A stretch of 64,000 nt of DNA, taken from contig RQOP01000051.1 in assembly GCA_008373095.1 (NCBI GenBank), positions 18,047 through 82,046 of the forward strand. Reading direction: 5' to 3'. Source of the DNA: SAR202 cluster bacterium (lineage in GTDB: Bacteria; Chloroflexota; Dehalococcoidia; Lucifugimonadales; UBA826). The translations under genes and the position numbers were made by a program. The notes under the pieces were generated by a model, which was given only the letters and a program-made list of their open reading frames with translations, made no database searches and had not been told where the DNA came from. Positions 1 to 9,876 of the stretch are shown piece by piece (position 1 is the first letter of the stretch; each line of letters opens with the position of its first letter).

Positions 1-1101
1 GTCCGATATTTTGAGGATATTCCACATCAGAACAGTGACGTACTTGATGTTCCAGAATCAGTTTTTATGATGACGAAAACTTTCTTGGTGTTTGATCATG
101 TTCGTCATGTAATCCAAGTGGTAAGTCATGTTAAATTGGATGGACTGATAGAGGATGAATACACAAAAGCGGTAGCGAGAATTGATGAGATTATAGACAG
201 ACTTAATTCTCCTTTAGACCCCTCTGAAATCCCTGCTAAATCTGGGTTTGAGTCTAGCGGTAGGGCTTCCAATATGACACCTGAATATCATCAATCGATG
301 GTAGAGGATAGTCAAAAATATGTGGTGGATGGTGATGTTATTCAAGTGGTGGTGTCCCAGCGTTTTTCGAGACCTTCTTCGGCCCATCCTTTTCATATAT
401 ATAGGTCTCTGAGAGCCATAAATCCATCCCCATATATGTATTATCTCAACATGAATGATTTCCAAATCGTAGGGGCTTCTCCTGAAATGTTGGTGCAAGT
501 TGAAGATGGCACGGTGTCTACACATCCAATTGCTGGAACCAGGCCGAGGTCAGATAATCCAGCAGAGGACATAAGATTAGAAAAAGAGTTGCAATCTGAC
601 GAAAAAGAAAGGGCCGAGCATTTGATGCTTTTGGATCTTGGCAGAAATGATATTGGAAGAGTAAGTGAACCAGGAACGGTTCAAGCCACTGAAATAATGG
701 AAATTGAAAGATATTCCCATGTTATGCACTTGGTTTCACATGTGGAAGGCAAATTGAAATCAGAATATAGCAACTATGATGCCCTCAGAGCTTGTTTTCC
801 TGCTGGGACCGTGTCGGGGGCACCCAAAATAAGGGCCATGGAAATCATATCTGAACTAGAAGAAGATGCCCGTGGCCCCTATGCCGGTGCAGTAGGATAT
901 TTTGATTTTGCTGGAAACATGGATACAGCTATAACTATAAGGACTCTAGTGTTTAAGGACGGCGTTGCCCATTTTCAAGCAGGCGGAGGTATAGTTTATG
1001 ATAGCGTTCCCGAAACTGAATTTTTTGAAACCGTTCACAAAGCAGGCGCCCTGATGAGGGCAATAGACGACGCCGAAAATAAATTAGGTGAACTCGTATG
1101 A
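1..1101 (+). CDS. trpE: anthranilate synthase component I (5' end outside window)
   Basis: Frame 1 is open from base 1, so the track Met at 67 is internal. Chorismate-binding motifs LLDLGRNDIGRV, GTVSGAPKIRAME and GPYAGAVGYF are present. It heads a trpE-G-D-C-F run. Confidence 0.9.
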   Translation, partial: VRYFEDIPHQNSDVLDVPESVFMMTKTFLVFDHVRHVIQVVSHVKLDGLIEDEYTKAVARIDEIIDRLNSPLDPSEIPAKSGFESSGRASNMTPEYHQSMVEDSQKYVVDGDVIQVVVSQRFSRPSSAHPFHIYRSLRAINPSPYMYYLNMNDFQIVGASPEMLVQVEDGTVSTHPIAGTRPRSDNPAEDIRLEKELQSDEKERAEHLMLLDLGRNDIGRVSEPGTVQATEIMEIERYSHVMHLVSHVEGKLKSEYSNYDALRACFPAGTVSGAPKIRAMEIISELEEDARGPYAGAVGYFDFAGNMDTAITIRTLVFKDGVAHFQAGGGIVYDSVPETEFFETVHKAGALMRAIDDAENKLGELV

Positions 1102-1661
1102 TTTTACTCTTGGATAATTACGACAGCTTTACCTATAACCTGTATCAATATCTTGCTGAATTGGGAGCAGAAGTCCTTGTGGTGAGGAACGATAAAATTT
1201 CACTAGAAGAGATATCTGAAATGAAACCCGATAAGATAGTTATTTCCCCAGGGCCATGTACGCCGGATAAAGCAGGTATTTCGAATGATGTTATAAAGCA
1301 TTTTGGGCGAACCACCCCGATGCTCGGGGTGTGTTTAGGCCACCAATGTGTCGGAGAGTCATATGGTGGAATAGTTGGTAATGCTGGCGAGATTATGCAT
1401 GGTAAAACCTCCGCAGTGCATCACGACGGGAAAGGTGTGTTTCAAGGGCTTCCTAATCCATTCAACGCGGTTCGCTATCATTCCCTTGCAATATTTAGGG
1501 AAAATCTGCCACAGGAATTGGAAGTTACGGCTTGGACGGAAAACGGGCTGATTATGGGTGTAAGGCATAAGGAAAATCCTGTGGAAGGAATACAGTTCCA
1601 TCCCGAATCCATAATGACTGAAAATGGAAAGGAACTTTTGTCAAATTTTCTTAAGTACTAA
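1098..1661 (+). CDS. trpG: anthranilate synthase component II (glutamine amidotransferase)
   Basis: Class I GATase motifs GVCLGHQ and QFHPES are present. ATGA overlap with trpE. Confidence 0.9.
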   Translation: MILLLDNYDSFTYNLYQYLAELGAEVLVVRNDKISLEEISEMKPDKIVISPGPCTPDKAGISNDVIKHFGRTTPMLGVCLGHQCVGESYGGIVGNAGEIMHGKTSAVHHDGKGVFQGLPNPFNAVRYHSLAIFRENLPQELEVTAWTENGLIMGVRHKENPVEGIQFHPESIMTENGKELLSNFLKY

Positions 1662-1682
1662 TCAGGGATAAATTCTAAAATT

Positions 1683-2702
1683 ATGATAGTTGATCTGATA
1701 GATAAGCTGGTTCAAAAAGAAAACCTTACCTTTGACGAGTCTAAATCTGCCATGACGCTAATAATGGAAGGGGAGGCTACGCCTTCACAATTTGGATCAT
1801 TGATAACCGCCCTTCGTATGAAGGGAGAAACGGTAGATGAAGTATCAGGGATGGCTTCTGTGATGCGCTCAATGTCCCTACATGTGCAGGCTGGAAGTGA
1901 TTTGATAGATACATGTGGTACCGGTGGCGATGGATTCGGAACATTTAATATTTCTACAGCCGCTGCCTTTGTTGCTGCTGGCGCCGGTCAGAAGATTGCT
2001 AAACATGGGAATAGAGCTATGTCCAGCAAAAGTGGGAGTGCGGATGTGTTGGAGGCATTGGGAGTAAATATTCAGTTGTCTCCCGAACAAATATCAAATT
2101 GTATTGAGGAAACCGGATTCGGGTTCATGTTTGCTCAGTCATTTCATCCTTCAATGAAATACGCAGCTGGGCCTAGAAGGGAAATAGGTATAAGAACGGT
2201 ATTTAATTTACTGGGCCCTCTTACTAATCCAGCTGGTGCAGCTCGACAAGTTATTGGTGTTGCAGATTCTTCTGTTGGAGAACTCATGGCAAAGGCTTTA
2301 GGTCGATTAGGCAGTGACAGAGCGTTAGTGGTTCACGGTGACGACGGTCTGGATGAAATAACGATATCTACCAGTAGCACGGTGTGGGAACTCGAAGGTG
2401 GCAATGTAAAAAAATACCAGATAAAACCCCAAGACTTTGGTTTATCAGTATCCTCCCTTGATCAAATAAAAGCTGACAATGCTGTTGAGAGTGCTACTTT
2501 GATTCGAACAGTACTAGCTGGGGAAAGTAGCGCTGCTAGGGATATTGTTCTCTTAAATGTAGGGGCAAGCCTTTTCGTTGCAGGCATGTCAAATAAATTT
2601 GACGAATGCATCTCTATTGGGGCTGATGCTATAGATTCTGGTAAAGCTATGAAATCTTTGGATGAGCACATAAAACTAAGTAATTCGATTGCAGCATCAT
2701 GA
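1683..2702 (+). CDS. trpD: anthranilate phosphoribosyltransferase
   Basis: DTCGTGGDG and KHGNRAMSSKSGSADVLEALG motifs, plus operon context. Confidence 0.92.
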   Translation: MIVDLIDKLVQKENLTFDESKSAMTLIMEGEATPSQFGSLITALRMKGETVDEVSGMASVMRSMSLHVQAGSDLIDTCGTGGDGFGTFNISTAAAFVAAGAGQKIAKHGNRAMSSKSGSADVLEALGVNIQLSPEQISNCIEETGFGFMFAQSFHPSMKYAAGPRREIGIRTVFNLLGPLTNPAGAARQVIGVADSSVGELMAKALGRLGSDRALVVHGDDGLDEITISTSSTVWELEGGNVKKYQIKPQDFGLSVSSLDQIKADNAVESATLIRTVLAGESSAARDIVLLNVGASLFVAGMSNKFDECISIGADAIDSGKAMKSLDEHIKLSNSIAAS

Positions 2703-3496
2703 TAAATTCAGACACTCCTGATATTTTAAAGGAAATCGTAGAAGTCAAAAAAGAAAGATTAGATGTTCGCAAAAAAGATTTGCCTATCGCAAGCTTAGAA
2801 GGGCTAATACCAGAACGCAAAAGACCGTTAAATTTTTCAGGCTGCCTAATGGGAGAATCAGTCAGAATAATAGCCGAAGTGAAAAGGGGATCTCCATCGA
2901 AAGGTATTTTTTCAAAAGACATTAAAACTGCAGAATTGGCAAAGATATATGCTGAAAATGGAGCCGCAGCCGTTTCTATCCTTACCAACGAAGATTTCTT
3001 TTATGGAAGTATAGATGATCTGCTTGAAGGGCATAACACAATATATGAACTTGGAGTTCCTGTACTGAGGAAAGAATTTATATTCGATCCATATCAAATA
3101 TATGAAGCTCGAGCATATGGCGCTGATGCCATTCTGCTGATAGTTTCTATGTTGGATAAGAGTCAATTAGTGGATTTTAAGAACCTAGCGACTTCATTGT
3201 GGATGCAATGCTTGGTCGAAGTGCACGACGAGGGAGAACTGGAATTAGCCTTGGAATCTGATGCCGAAATAATTGGAATAAATAATAGGAACCTGAGAAC
3301 TTTTGATACTACTCTTGAAACGACTGAAATTTTGGCACCACAGGTTCCAAATGAGAGGATTGTAGTAAGTGAAAGTGGTATATCGAGTAGGGGCGATGTT
3401 GAAAGAGTTGTAGAGGCAGGTGCCGGTGCTGTGTTGATTGGCGAGTCGTTAGTAACTTCAGATGATCCAGGCTTTGCACTTAGGAACTTTCTGTGA
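2699..3496 (+). CDS. trpC: indole-3-glycerol-phosphate synthase
   Basis: IIAEVKRGSPSKG, LRKEFIFDPYQI and IGINNRNL motifs. 4-nt overlap with trpD. Confidence 0.9.
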   Translation: MINSDTPDILKEIVEVKKERLDVRKKDLPIASLEGLIPERKRPLNFSGCLMGESVRIIAEVKRGSPSKGIFSKDIKTAELAKIYAENGAAAVSILTNEDFFYGSIDDLLEGHNTIYELGVPVLRKEFIFDPYQIYEARAYGADAILLIVSMLDKSQLVDFKNLATSLWMQCLVEVHDEGELELALESDAEIIGINNRNLRTFDTTLETTEILAPQVPNERIVVSESGISSRGDVERVVEAGAGAVLIGESLVTSDDPGFALRNFL

Positions 3497-4140
3497 CTCT
3501 GTTCAAGATTTGTGGATTAAGAGACTCATCAAACGCCATTTTGGCCCGAGAAAACGGGGCTTCTTTTCTTGGCTTCGTATTTGTGCCCGGTGTAAGACGT
3601 CAGATAAGTTTGGAATTGGCTCTTGCAATAATAAATGACTATAGGTCCGAGTTTGGTCCAGGGGGACCAGCTTTGGTAGGGTTGTTTGCCAATCAAAATG
3701 TCGAAGAGGTAAACGAAATAATTAATGCATGTGATTTGGATTATGCTCAACTTTGTGGGAGTGAACCTGAATCATATTGGAACAAAGTAGATGTTGACGT
3801 GATTAAGCAGGTCAAAATCGGAGCATCGAATACCAGTGAAACAATTAATGCGGAATTAGAAAAGATATATCGAGCTGGGTGTTTGCCATTATTGGATAAG
3901 TACGAGAAGGGCGCTCTGGGAGGTACGGGGTTGAGTTTTGATTGGAAGCTGATCCCTGACTTTAATCTAAGCGAAAAATTTTTATTGGCTGGTGGACTAA
4001 ATCCCGAAAATGTAAATGATGCTATAAGAATTTCACATCCATGGACGGTAGACGTCTCCTCCGGAGTGGAGACAGCAGGTGATAAGGACCCGCAGAAAAT
4101 AATTTCATTTGCGAATGCTGTTAAAACAGCCTCCGTGTAA
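3493..4140 (+). CDS. trpF: phosphoribosylanthranilate isomerase
   Basis: N-terminal FKICGL and C-terminal DVSSGVE motifs. GTG start overlapping the trpC stop. Confidence 0.85.
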   Translation: MTLFKICGLRDSSNAILARENGASFLGFVFVPGVRRQISLELALAIINDYRSEFGPGGPALVGLFANQNVEEVNEIINACDLDYAQLCGSEPESYWNKVDVDVIKQVKIGASNTSETINAELEKIYRAGCLPLLDKYEKGALGGTGLSFDWKLIPDFNLSEKFLLAGGLNPENVNDAIRISHPWTVDVSSGVETAGDKDPQKIISFANAVKTASV

Positions 4141-4195
4141 GGTAAAGAATATTGACAGAGTTTGCCCCCTAATTTAATCTGCCCTCTGAATACAA

Positions 4196-4603
4196 ATGGA
4201 GGAACCCTTAATGTCTTATTCATTTAACCATGTTCATTTAAAAGCTCCCGACCCTGGTGCGACGGCAGATTGGTATGTCAAAGCCTTTGAATTTGAAATA
4301 CTTAATGATGAAAATCCCCGACCTCAAGGAGATAGGTTTATTAGATGTCGAACTAAAGATGGCATAGCGGTAAACATATCGAGTGACAGGACAGGAGAGA
4401 CTATGGGAGGAGGAGATGCTTCAGCTCACTGGGGGTTAGAACATTTCGGTATCGAAGTAGATGATATAGACGCTGAATTTAAAAGGTTGGAAGGTTTGGG
4501 TGCCAAAATATTGGATGGCCCAACGAAAACTCCCACTGGACTTATTATTGGCTTCATACAAGCCCCCGATGATGTTCGTATAGAAGTGATGCAACTACCT
4601 TAG
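4196..4603 (+). CDS. VOC/glyoxalase-family protein
   Basis: FNHVHLKAPD and GLEHFGIEVDDID resemble the paired beta-alpha-beta-beta-beta VOC module. The start may be the ATG at 4211. Confidence 0.6.
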   Translation: MEEPLMSYSFNHVHLKAPDPGATADWYVKAFEFEILNDENPRPQGDRFIRCRTKDGIAVNISSDRTGETMGGGDASAHWGLEHFGIEVDDIDAEFKRLEGLGAKILDGPTKTPTGLIIGFIQAPDDVRIEVMQLP

Positions 4604-4625
4604 TTAATTTTAGGTTGAATAAAAA

Positions 4626-5009
4626 ATGCCAAGAGAAACTTTTTTCCCAAATCCTTCGAACAAGCCATCTGGCTTTTCTCCGATCACTAAATCTGGCAAC
4701 CTCCTCTTCGTGTCAGGCCAAGTCCCTGTAAATCCCACGGGGAACCTTGTAGGAGAGGATGATTGTTATGTTCAAGCTAAACAGTGCTTTTCAAATATAG
4801 AAGCTGCTCTGAAATCTGCCGGTTCGACTTTTGATGATTTAGTAAAAATCACTGCTTTCATTGTTAGGCCAGAGGATTATTCTCATTACGCAAAAGTGAG
4901 GCTTGAGTTATTTCCAGAAAATGGTCCTGCAAGTAGTACGGTTTTCATTAGCGGCTTGGTTAGCCCTAAATTTCTCATTGAGATAGAAGCTATTGCTGCG
5001 TTGGATTAA
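4626..5009 (+). CDS. ridA: RidA/YjgF-family reactive-intermediate deaminase
   Basis: GNLLFVSGQVPV and C-terminal IEIEAIA motifs; 127 aa is typical for the family. Confidence 0.8.
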   Translation: MPRETFFPNPSNKPSGFSPITKSGNLLFVSGQVPVNPTGNLVGEDDCYVQAKQCFSNIEAALKSAGSTFDDLVKITAFIVRPEDYSHYAKVRLELFPENGPASSTVFISGLVSPKFLIEIEAIAALD

Positions 5010-5014
5010 AGAGG

Positions 5015-5356
5015 GTGGACGACTGTCTTTTTTGTAATTTATTCCAGGGCAAAATACCAACTACAATTTTGTATAGAGATGACGATTGCTTTGTTATAAA
5101 TGATATAAACCCTGTTGCTCCGACACATTTGCTAGTGATTCCGATTAATCATATGACATATATAGAACCTTTTTCAGACGAAGAGTTCAAAGTTATTACT
5201 TCGATGTTCAAGGTTGCAAGAAATTTCGCGATTTCAGAAGGGATTTCTGATAGTGGATACAGGTTAACCATAAATCAGAAAGAAGATGCAGGACAACAGG
5301 TGCCCCATTTACATTTGCACCTTATAGGTGGGGATAATTTATCAGGGATTGGTTGA
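5015..5356 (+). CDS. HIT-family nucleotide hydrolase
   Basis: Histidine triad HLHLHLIGG near the C-terminus and N-terminal CLFC. GTG start. Confidence 0.8.
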   Translation: MDDCLFCNLFQGKIPTTILYRDDDCFVINDINPVAPTHLLVIPINHMTYIEPFSDEEFKVITSMFKVARNFAISEGISDSGYRLTINQKEDAGQQVPHLHLHLIGGDNLSGIG

Positions 5357-5949
5357 GAAATTTGGATACAGGTTTTGACAAAGTGTATCGGCGTATAGAA
5401 TCTCGAGTATCGGAACTCCCAGATTCATTGATTGCCCATATTGAGCGTACGCGCGATTTAGCAGAAAGGCTTGCAGACATTCATGGCGTTAACCCTCAAA
5501 GATGTTCGATGGGGGCCATTGCGCATGATTTGGCGAGACATTTAACAGAATCTCAATTATTAGTTGAGTCTCAATCGAGTAATATTACTGTTAATAGCTA
5601 TGAGTATAAGGCCCCTGTTTTGCTTCACGGGCCTTTGGCAGCCCACTGGTTAAAGTCAGATTTGAATTGTCAGGATGAAGAAGTAATAAATTCAGTTAAA
5701 TATCATACAACTGGTCATCCTGAAATGACGGATATAGAGAAGATAGTATTTATAGCAGATAAGGTTGAGCCAGATAAAGTCCAACGGAATCCAGAATTGG
5801 AATTAGTGGTTTCGAGAATGGAGGCCAATTTGGATGCAACAGTTTTGGAATATTTAAAATTAAGAATAGGATCTATTTTGGATAAAAAAGGTGTTGTTCA
5901 TCCGCTTGCCATAGACACCTGGAACTACTTTCTTCAAAAAAACAGTTAG
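5353..5949 (+). CDS. HD-domain phosphohydrolase (YqeK-like)
   Basis: AIAHDLARH (HD motif), KYHTTG and FIADKVEP are present; size is about 200 aa. Confidence 0.6.
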   Translation: MRNLDTGFDKVYRRIESRVSELPDSLIAHIERTRDLAERLADIHGVNPQRCSMGAIAHDLARHLTESQLLVESQSSNITVNSYEYKAPVLLHGPLAAHWLKSDLNCQDEEVINSVKYHTTGHPEMTDIEKIVFIADKVEPDKVQRNPELELVVSRMEANLDATVLEYLKLRIGSILDKKGVVHPLAIDTWNYFLQKNS

Positions 5950-5954
5950 TTTTG

Positions 5955-6458
5955 CTAACGACCTGGTTCTATAACCAAAATCTCCGCTTCAACGATGCCA
6001 CTATCAATGGTTATTACAGCCATTGTTCCATCCACCATAAATGACTTATACCCTTGCCCTGGGTTAATAAATAATGTCCCACTAATATCTTCTTTTAATG
6101 GTTCGTGAGTGTGTCCAAACAGAATGATATCTAGTTCTTCATCAAAGTCTTTGAATAACTCTGACGGTGGGAATTCAGGACCTCCCCAAGCCGGGTGAGT
6201 AATGCCTATTTTCACTTGCTCAACTTCAATAACTTCTATGTATGGAAGAGTCTCCCGTAAATCTACTGGATCCGAATTTCCATGTACTATGATGCCCTTT
6301 TGCGCTGATTTTAAGAAACCGTCGACTACGGGTTGACGTACTATGTCTCCACAATGGATCGCTATATCGCATTCGGCAACAATGTCTCTCATCTTTGGGT
6401 GTACTTCTTCCCATTCGTGACAATGCGTGTCAGAGATGACCGCTATCTTGGTAGTCAT
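5955..6458 (-). CDS. YfcE/MJ0936-family metallophosphoesterase
   Basis: ISDTHCH, HCGDI, HGNSD and FGHTHEP motifs. Confidence 0.75.
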   Translation of the reverse strand: MTTKIAVISDTHCHEWEEVHPKMRDIVAECDIAIHCGDIVRQPVVDGFLKSAQKGIIVHGNSDPVDLRETLPYIEVIEVEQVKIGITHPAWGGPEFPPSELFKDFDEELDIILFGHTHEPLKEDISGTLFINPGQGYKSFMVDGTMAVITIDSGIVEAEILVIEPGR

Positions 6459-6483
6459 TTTTAGTGGTTATCCATATATGTGA

Positions 6484-7680
6484 TTAAAACCCAGATTTAA
6501 CTCGGTCTAAGATTGAGTGGGCTACGTCATATTTAGACATAAGTGGAAGAACTTCTGTAGTACCGTCTGGGTGGATGATAGTAACCCTATTCGTGTCAAC
6601 AGAAAAACCACTATCAGCTGCAGTTATGTCGTTGGCTACAATAAAATCTAGGTTTTTTGATTCAATCTTTGTTTTACTGTTTTCTACAAGGTTCTCACTT
6701 TCTGCTGCGAAACCAACTTTTATTAGTTTACTGGAATTTATACCTGCTACTATGTCCGGGTTTTTGACAAGTTCTAAGGACCAATGATCTGATTTATCCT
6801 TTTTTGCTTTGGAATCTAATTTTTCCAAGGGTCTCCAGTCAGCTACCGCCGCTGCCATAATCAATGCGTCTGCTTCAAGACACTCATCTTCGATTGCCTT
6901 TTTCATATCCTCTGCGCTCTGTATGTTTGTAACTGATATACCAATAGGCTTGGCCAAGTGGTTAGGGGCAGCAACCAGGCTTACCATAGCACCACGATCC
7001 CTCGCTGCTTCTGCTATGGCATAGCCCATTTTTCCAGACGAGCGGTTTGTTATATTTCTTACGGGATCTATTGCTTCTTCTGTTCCGCCAGCACTGACTA
7101 CAATTTTCTTGCCCGACAAGTCACCATCCTTCCCTAACAACATACTTGCAGCGCCCATTATGTCAAAAGGTTCAATCATTCTACCTTTTCCCATAAGGCC
7201 CGACGCGAGTCTTCCTTCAGCTGGGCCTGCTATGAAAAATCCTCTGCCAATAAGAGTTGTTACATTGGCCTCAGTGGCTGGATTATCAAACATGTTAGCG
7301 TCCATTGCCGGGGCTATTATGATTGGTGCTGTGGTAGCCAAAATAGTAGTTGTTAAAACATCGTCTGATATTCCATTAGCGATCTTAGCAATTGTGTTGG
7401 CTGTGGCTGGTGCCACAATAATAAGATCAGCTGATTCAGCCAGAGCTACATGGTTTATAGATAGATTTGAATTGGGGGAATATAAACTTGTATGCACTTC
7501 CCTGTGCGTAAGGCTTTTGAAGGTTAGTTCTGATACAAATTCCCTGGCTGCTTCAGTTAAAACGGTGTCTACAAGGGCGCCTGACTGAACTAATTTGCTA
7601 GCTAGGTCGGCTGCTTTATAGCAGGCAATACTGCCTGTCACCCCTAGAACGATTCTTTTATTTTGGATTGGAGATGGCAT
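6484..7680 (-). CDS. coaBC: bifunctional phosphopantothenoylcysteine decarboxylase / phosphopantothenate-cysteine ligase
   Basis: N-terminal flavoprotein motif GVTGSIACYKA, and a C-terminal DFP domain (VSAGGTEEAIDPVRNITNRSSGKMG). Confidence 0.9.
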   Translation of the reverse strand: MPSPIQNKRIVLGVTGSIACYKAADLASKLVQSGALVDTVLTEAAREFVSELTFKSLTHREVHTSLYSPNSNLSINHVALAESADLIIVAPATANTIAKIANGISDDVLTTTILATTAPIIIAPAMDANMFDNPATEANVTTLIGRGFFIAGPAEGRLASGLMGKGRMIEPFDIMGAASMLLGKDGDLSGKKIVVSAGGTEEAIDPVRNITNRSSGKMGYAIAEAARDRGAMVSLVAAPNHLAKPIGISVTNIQSAEDMKKAIEDECLEADALIMAAAVADWRPLEKLDSKAKKDKSDHWSLELVKNPDIVAGINSSKLIKVGFAAESENLVENSKTKIESKNLDFIVANDITAADSGFSVDTNRVTIIHPDGTTEVLPLMSKYDVAHSILDRVKSGF

Positions 7681-7690
7681 CTCATTATCC

Positions 7691-8458
7691 TTAATTACTG
7701 TTGAGAGAATGCACTATGCGCAAACCTTTTAGAGTTAAGTCAGGATCGATATGATTAAATTCACCAACTTGGTCTTTTACAATGTCAGCTTGCCCTCCGG
7801 TGGCAATTACAGTGGCATTAGTACCGATTTCTTTTTTGAATCTGACTATCATACCTTTTATCAATTCAGAATATCCAAATACGAGGCCTGACTGAATGGA
7901 ATGAGTGGTGTTTGTCCCAATTACTTTTTCGGGGGCATTTAATTCCACCCTTCTAAGCTGGGAGGTCGCTCTATATAGAGAGTCCGCTGACACCGTCATT
8001 CCAGGTGCTATTGCACCGCCAAGATATTCACCATGCTCATTTACGGCATCGAAAACTGTGGCAGTACCTAAATCAACTACGATGCACGGACCACCATATA
8101 TATGTAGAGCTGCTGCCGCATCAACTATTCGATCAGCACCTACATCTCTTGGACTATCGTATAAGATTTTTATACCTGTTTTGGTTTCAGCCATTACCGT
8201 CAATGGCTGTACTTTTAGATACCTTTGGCACAACAGTTCAAATGTAGGAGTCAGAGGAGGAACAACACTACAAATTGCAGCGGAGTCAATTTCGTCAGCG
8301 TTTAAGTTGTTTGATGACATGACTTGCTGTAGAAGTAATCCATATTCATCCGATGTCTTTCGGGAGTCAGTTGAGAATCTCCAAGTAGAGATTAGTTCAG
8401 AATCTAGGAATAAACCTATAGTTATGTTGGTATTACCAATATCAATTGCGATAAGCAT
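7691..8458 (-). CDS. coaX: type III pantothenate kinase
   Basis: LIAIDIGNTNITIGLF, VVDLGTATVFD and ATGGQA motifs. Confidence 0.9.
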   Translation of the reverse strand: MLIAIDIGNTNITIGLFLDSELISTWRFSTDSRKTSDEYGLLLQQVMSSNNLNADEIDSAAICSVVPPLTPTFELLCQRYLKVQPLTVMAETKTGIKILYDSPRDVGADRIVDAAAALHIYGGPCIVVDLGTATVFDAVNEHGEYLGGAIAPGMTVSADSLYRATSQLRRVELNAPEKVIGTNTTHSIQSGLVFGYSELIKGMIVRFKKEIGTNATVIATGGQADIVKDQVGEFNHIDPDLTLKGLRIVHSLNSN

Positions 8459-8477
8459 GATGCCAGCATGGTTCCTG

Positions 8478-9566
8478 TTATTTTTTGCGGGTCACGTAAT
8501 TTTTATTTCTGGCCCAGTTTTCTTTCAACAGGATACTTGCATCTAGTAGTTTGTCTATAGTTGGATACAGGGAGTCTCGTAACCTTTGGAATCCCATTAT
8601 TTTCGCCGCCTGATTAGCCGCAGCTTGGCCTGATAACTGGTCTTTTTCCTTACTCTCCCAAGCAGTATTAACTTTTTCTTCCCAGTTGTCAGGAAGGCTA
8701 TCTGAATCTTGGTCAGACGGGTTCTTGTCGAAACTAATTATTCTCGGGCTAACTGAAGGTTTTCTAGCCGGCGCCAATTTTTCTTTTTCATTAACTGTAT
8801 TTGAATCACTATTTTTGATAGATACGGTGAAATCGGTTCCTTCTCGAAAGGTCACTTCTATTTCATCTCTGGAAGTCAAAAATTCTCTAAAAGATCGAAA
8901 TCCCAATTCCTTATAATCAAATCCGGGATCTATCCTGGTCATAGTTTGGGCCAACCGAGTCCCTAGTGAATTACCGTCATCTCCAACTGTCGCCTCAACT
9001 GCCTTTATCAATAATTGTTCTACTGATCTCTCACTATCTTGTCTATCGTGTTGAGGATGAGCTTGCCTGCGATCCCTGTAAGGTGTAGTTCTTCTGGTGT
9101 TATTTCTAGCAGTTGAATTAGGCTTTTGCAGACCAATTGTATGAGGGTCTAAGAAAATGTATCTGTCACACGATTTCACCATGGTTGTAGATGTGACTGC
9201 TTTTCGACCTGCACCGACCACACTTTTTCCTGAACCTCTTAGATGGTTAACAAGAGGTACAAAGTCGCTGTCTGAAGAAACAATAACAAAAGTATCTACC
9301 TGTGCACTGTGAAGTAGTTCTACGGCATCTATTGTTAGTTTAATGTCACAGGAGTTTTTCCCCGATCTAGGGGTCCTGTAGTTATGGACAGCCTCCACTC
9401 CGAGTTCAATTAATCGTTCTTGTCCCTTTCTTTCTGAGGACCAATCAGCATAAGCCCTCTTTACTATTATCCGGCCCATGCCTGATATTTGTTCCACAAG
9501 GTACTGAAGAGAATCTATGCCTACATTCTCGTAATCTATTAATAATGCAATGTTTGAGTCAGTCAC
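8478..9566 (-). CDS. NYN (LabA-like) domain protein with OST-HTH/LOTUS-like domain
   Basis: The N-terminal part LLIDYENV...VIVSSDSDFVPLVNHLR is a PIN-like NYN signature. The central LGTRLAQTMTRIDPGFDYKELGFRSFREFL resembles OST-HTH. Confidence 0.65.
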   Translation of the reverse strand: MTDSNIALLIDYENVGIDSLQYLVEQISGMGRIIVKRAYADWSSERKGQERLIELGVEAVHNYRTPRSGKNSCDIKLTIDAVELLHSAQVDTFVIVSSDSDFVPLVNHLRGSGKSVVGAGRKAVTSTTMVKSCDRYIFLDPHTIGLQKPNSTARNNTRRTTPYRDRRQAHPQHDRQDSERSVEQLLIKAVEATVGDDGNSLGTRLAQTMTRIDPGFDYKELGFRSFREFLTSRDEIEVTFREGTDFTVSIKNSDSNTVNEKEKLAPARKPSVSPRIISFDKNPSDQDSDSLPDNWEEKVNTAWESKEKDQLSGQAAANQAAKIMGFQRLRDSLYPTIDKLLDASILLKENWARNKNYVTRKK

Positions 9567-9691
9567 TGAAATCCTGCCATACGGCTTAATGTAAAAGTGG
9601 TTGGAGTTAAGGTCAATTATACCATCGTAAAATAATGCTACTTGCTGTTTAATTTTGAAGGAAAAGGTTAATTTGTTGATATTCGCATCTG

Positions 9692-9720
9692 TTGATGACT
9701 AAATTTGGTGGTGCTATAAT
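9692..9720 (+). promoter_or_regulatory. sigma70-like promoter (TTGATG-17 nt-TGcTATAAT)
   Basis: -35 TTGATG at 9692-9697, a 17-nt spacer, and an extended -10 TGCTATAAT at 9712-9720. Confidence 0.55.
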
Positions 9721-9727
9721 TTCGCAG

Positions 9728-9784
9728 ATGATGAATATTATGTACAAAAAGGTATTGAAATTAACCTGTTCCTGTAGGAACTAG
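9728..9784 (+). CDS. hypothetical 18-codon leader ORF (MMNIMYKKVLKLTCSCRN)
   Basis: The ATG lies 7 nt after the -10 box, so the ORF would be essentially leaderless. It ends inside the GTTCC-TGTA-GGAAC hairpin. There is no homology evidence. Confidence 0.2.
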   Translation: MMNIMYKKVLKLTCSCRN

Positions 9785-9830
9785 AATAAAGGCTGTCAAC
9801 GCTGTAAAACTAGGCCGCAGGTGAATATAG

Positions 9831-9876
9831 AGCCCCGCCCAAAGCTTTCAAGCGTTGGTAGCGGGGCTATTTTTAT
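9831..9876 (+). terminator. intrinsic terminator / attenuator hairpin upstream of the E1 gene
   Basis: AGCCCCGC (9831-9838) pairs with GCGGGGCT (9861-9868). Inner CCAA/TTGG and GCTT/AAGC pairs extend the stem, which is followed by TATTTTTAT. Confidence 0.6.

Noticed and set aside
7109-8546. Long plus-strand ORFs (7109-7588 and 7905-8546) antisense to coaBC and coaX.
   Set aside because: They lie entirely inside strongly supported conserved genes on the other strand. Their composition is Ser/Ala/Ile-rich and they show no motifs or RBS.
9727-9876. Known riboswitch class (TPP, Moco, SAM-II/V) in the leader of the E1 gene.
   Set aside because: I could not find the conserved cores I remember (e.g. 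CUGAGA plus ACCUGAUCUGGAUAAUGCCAGCG for TPP). Identity cannot be supported without an Infernal/Rfam scan.
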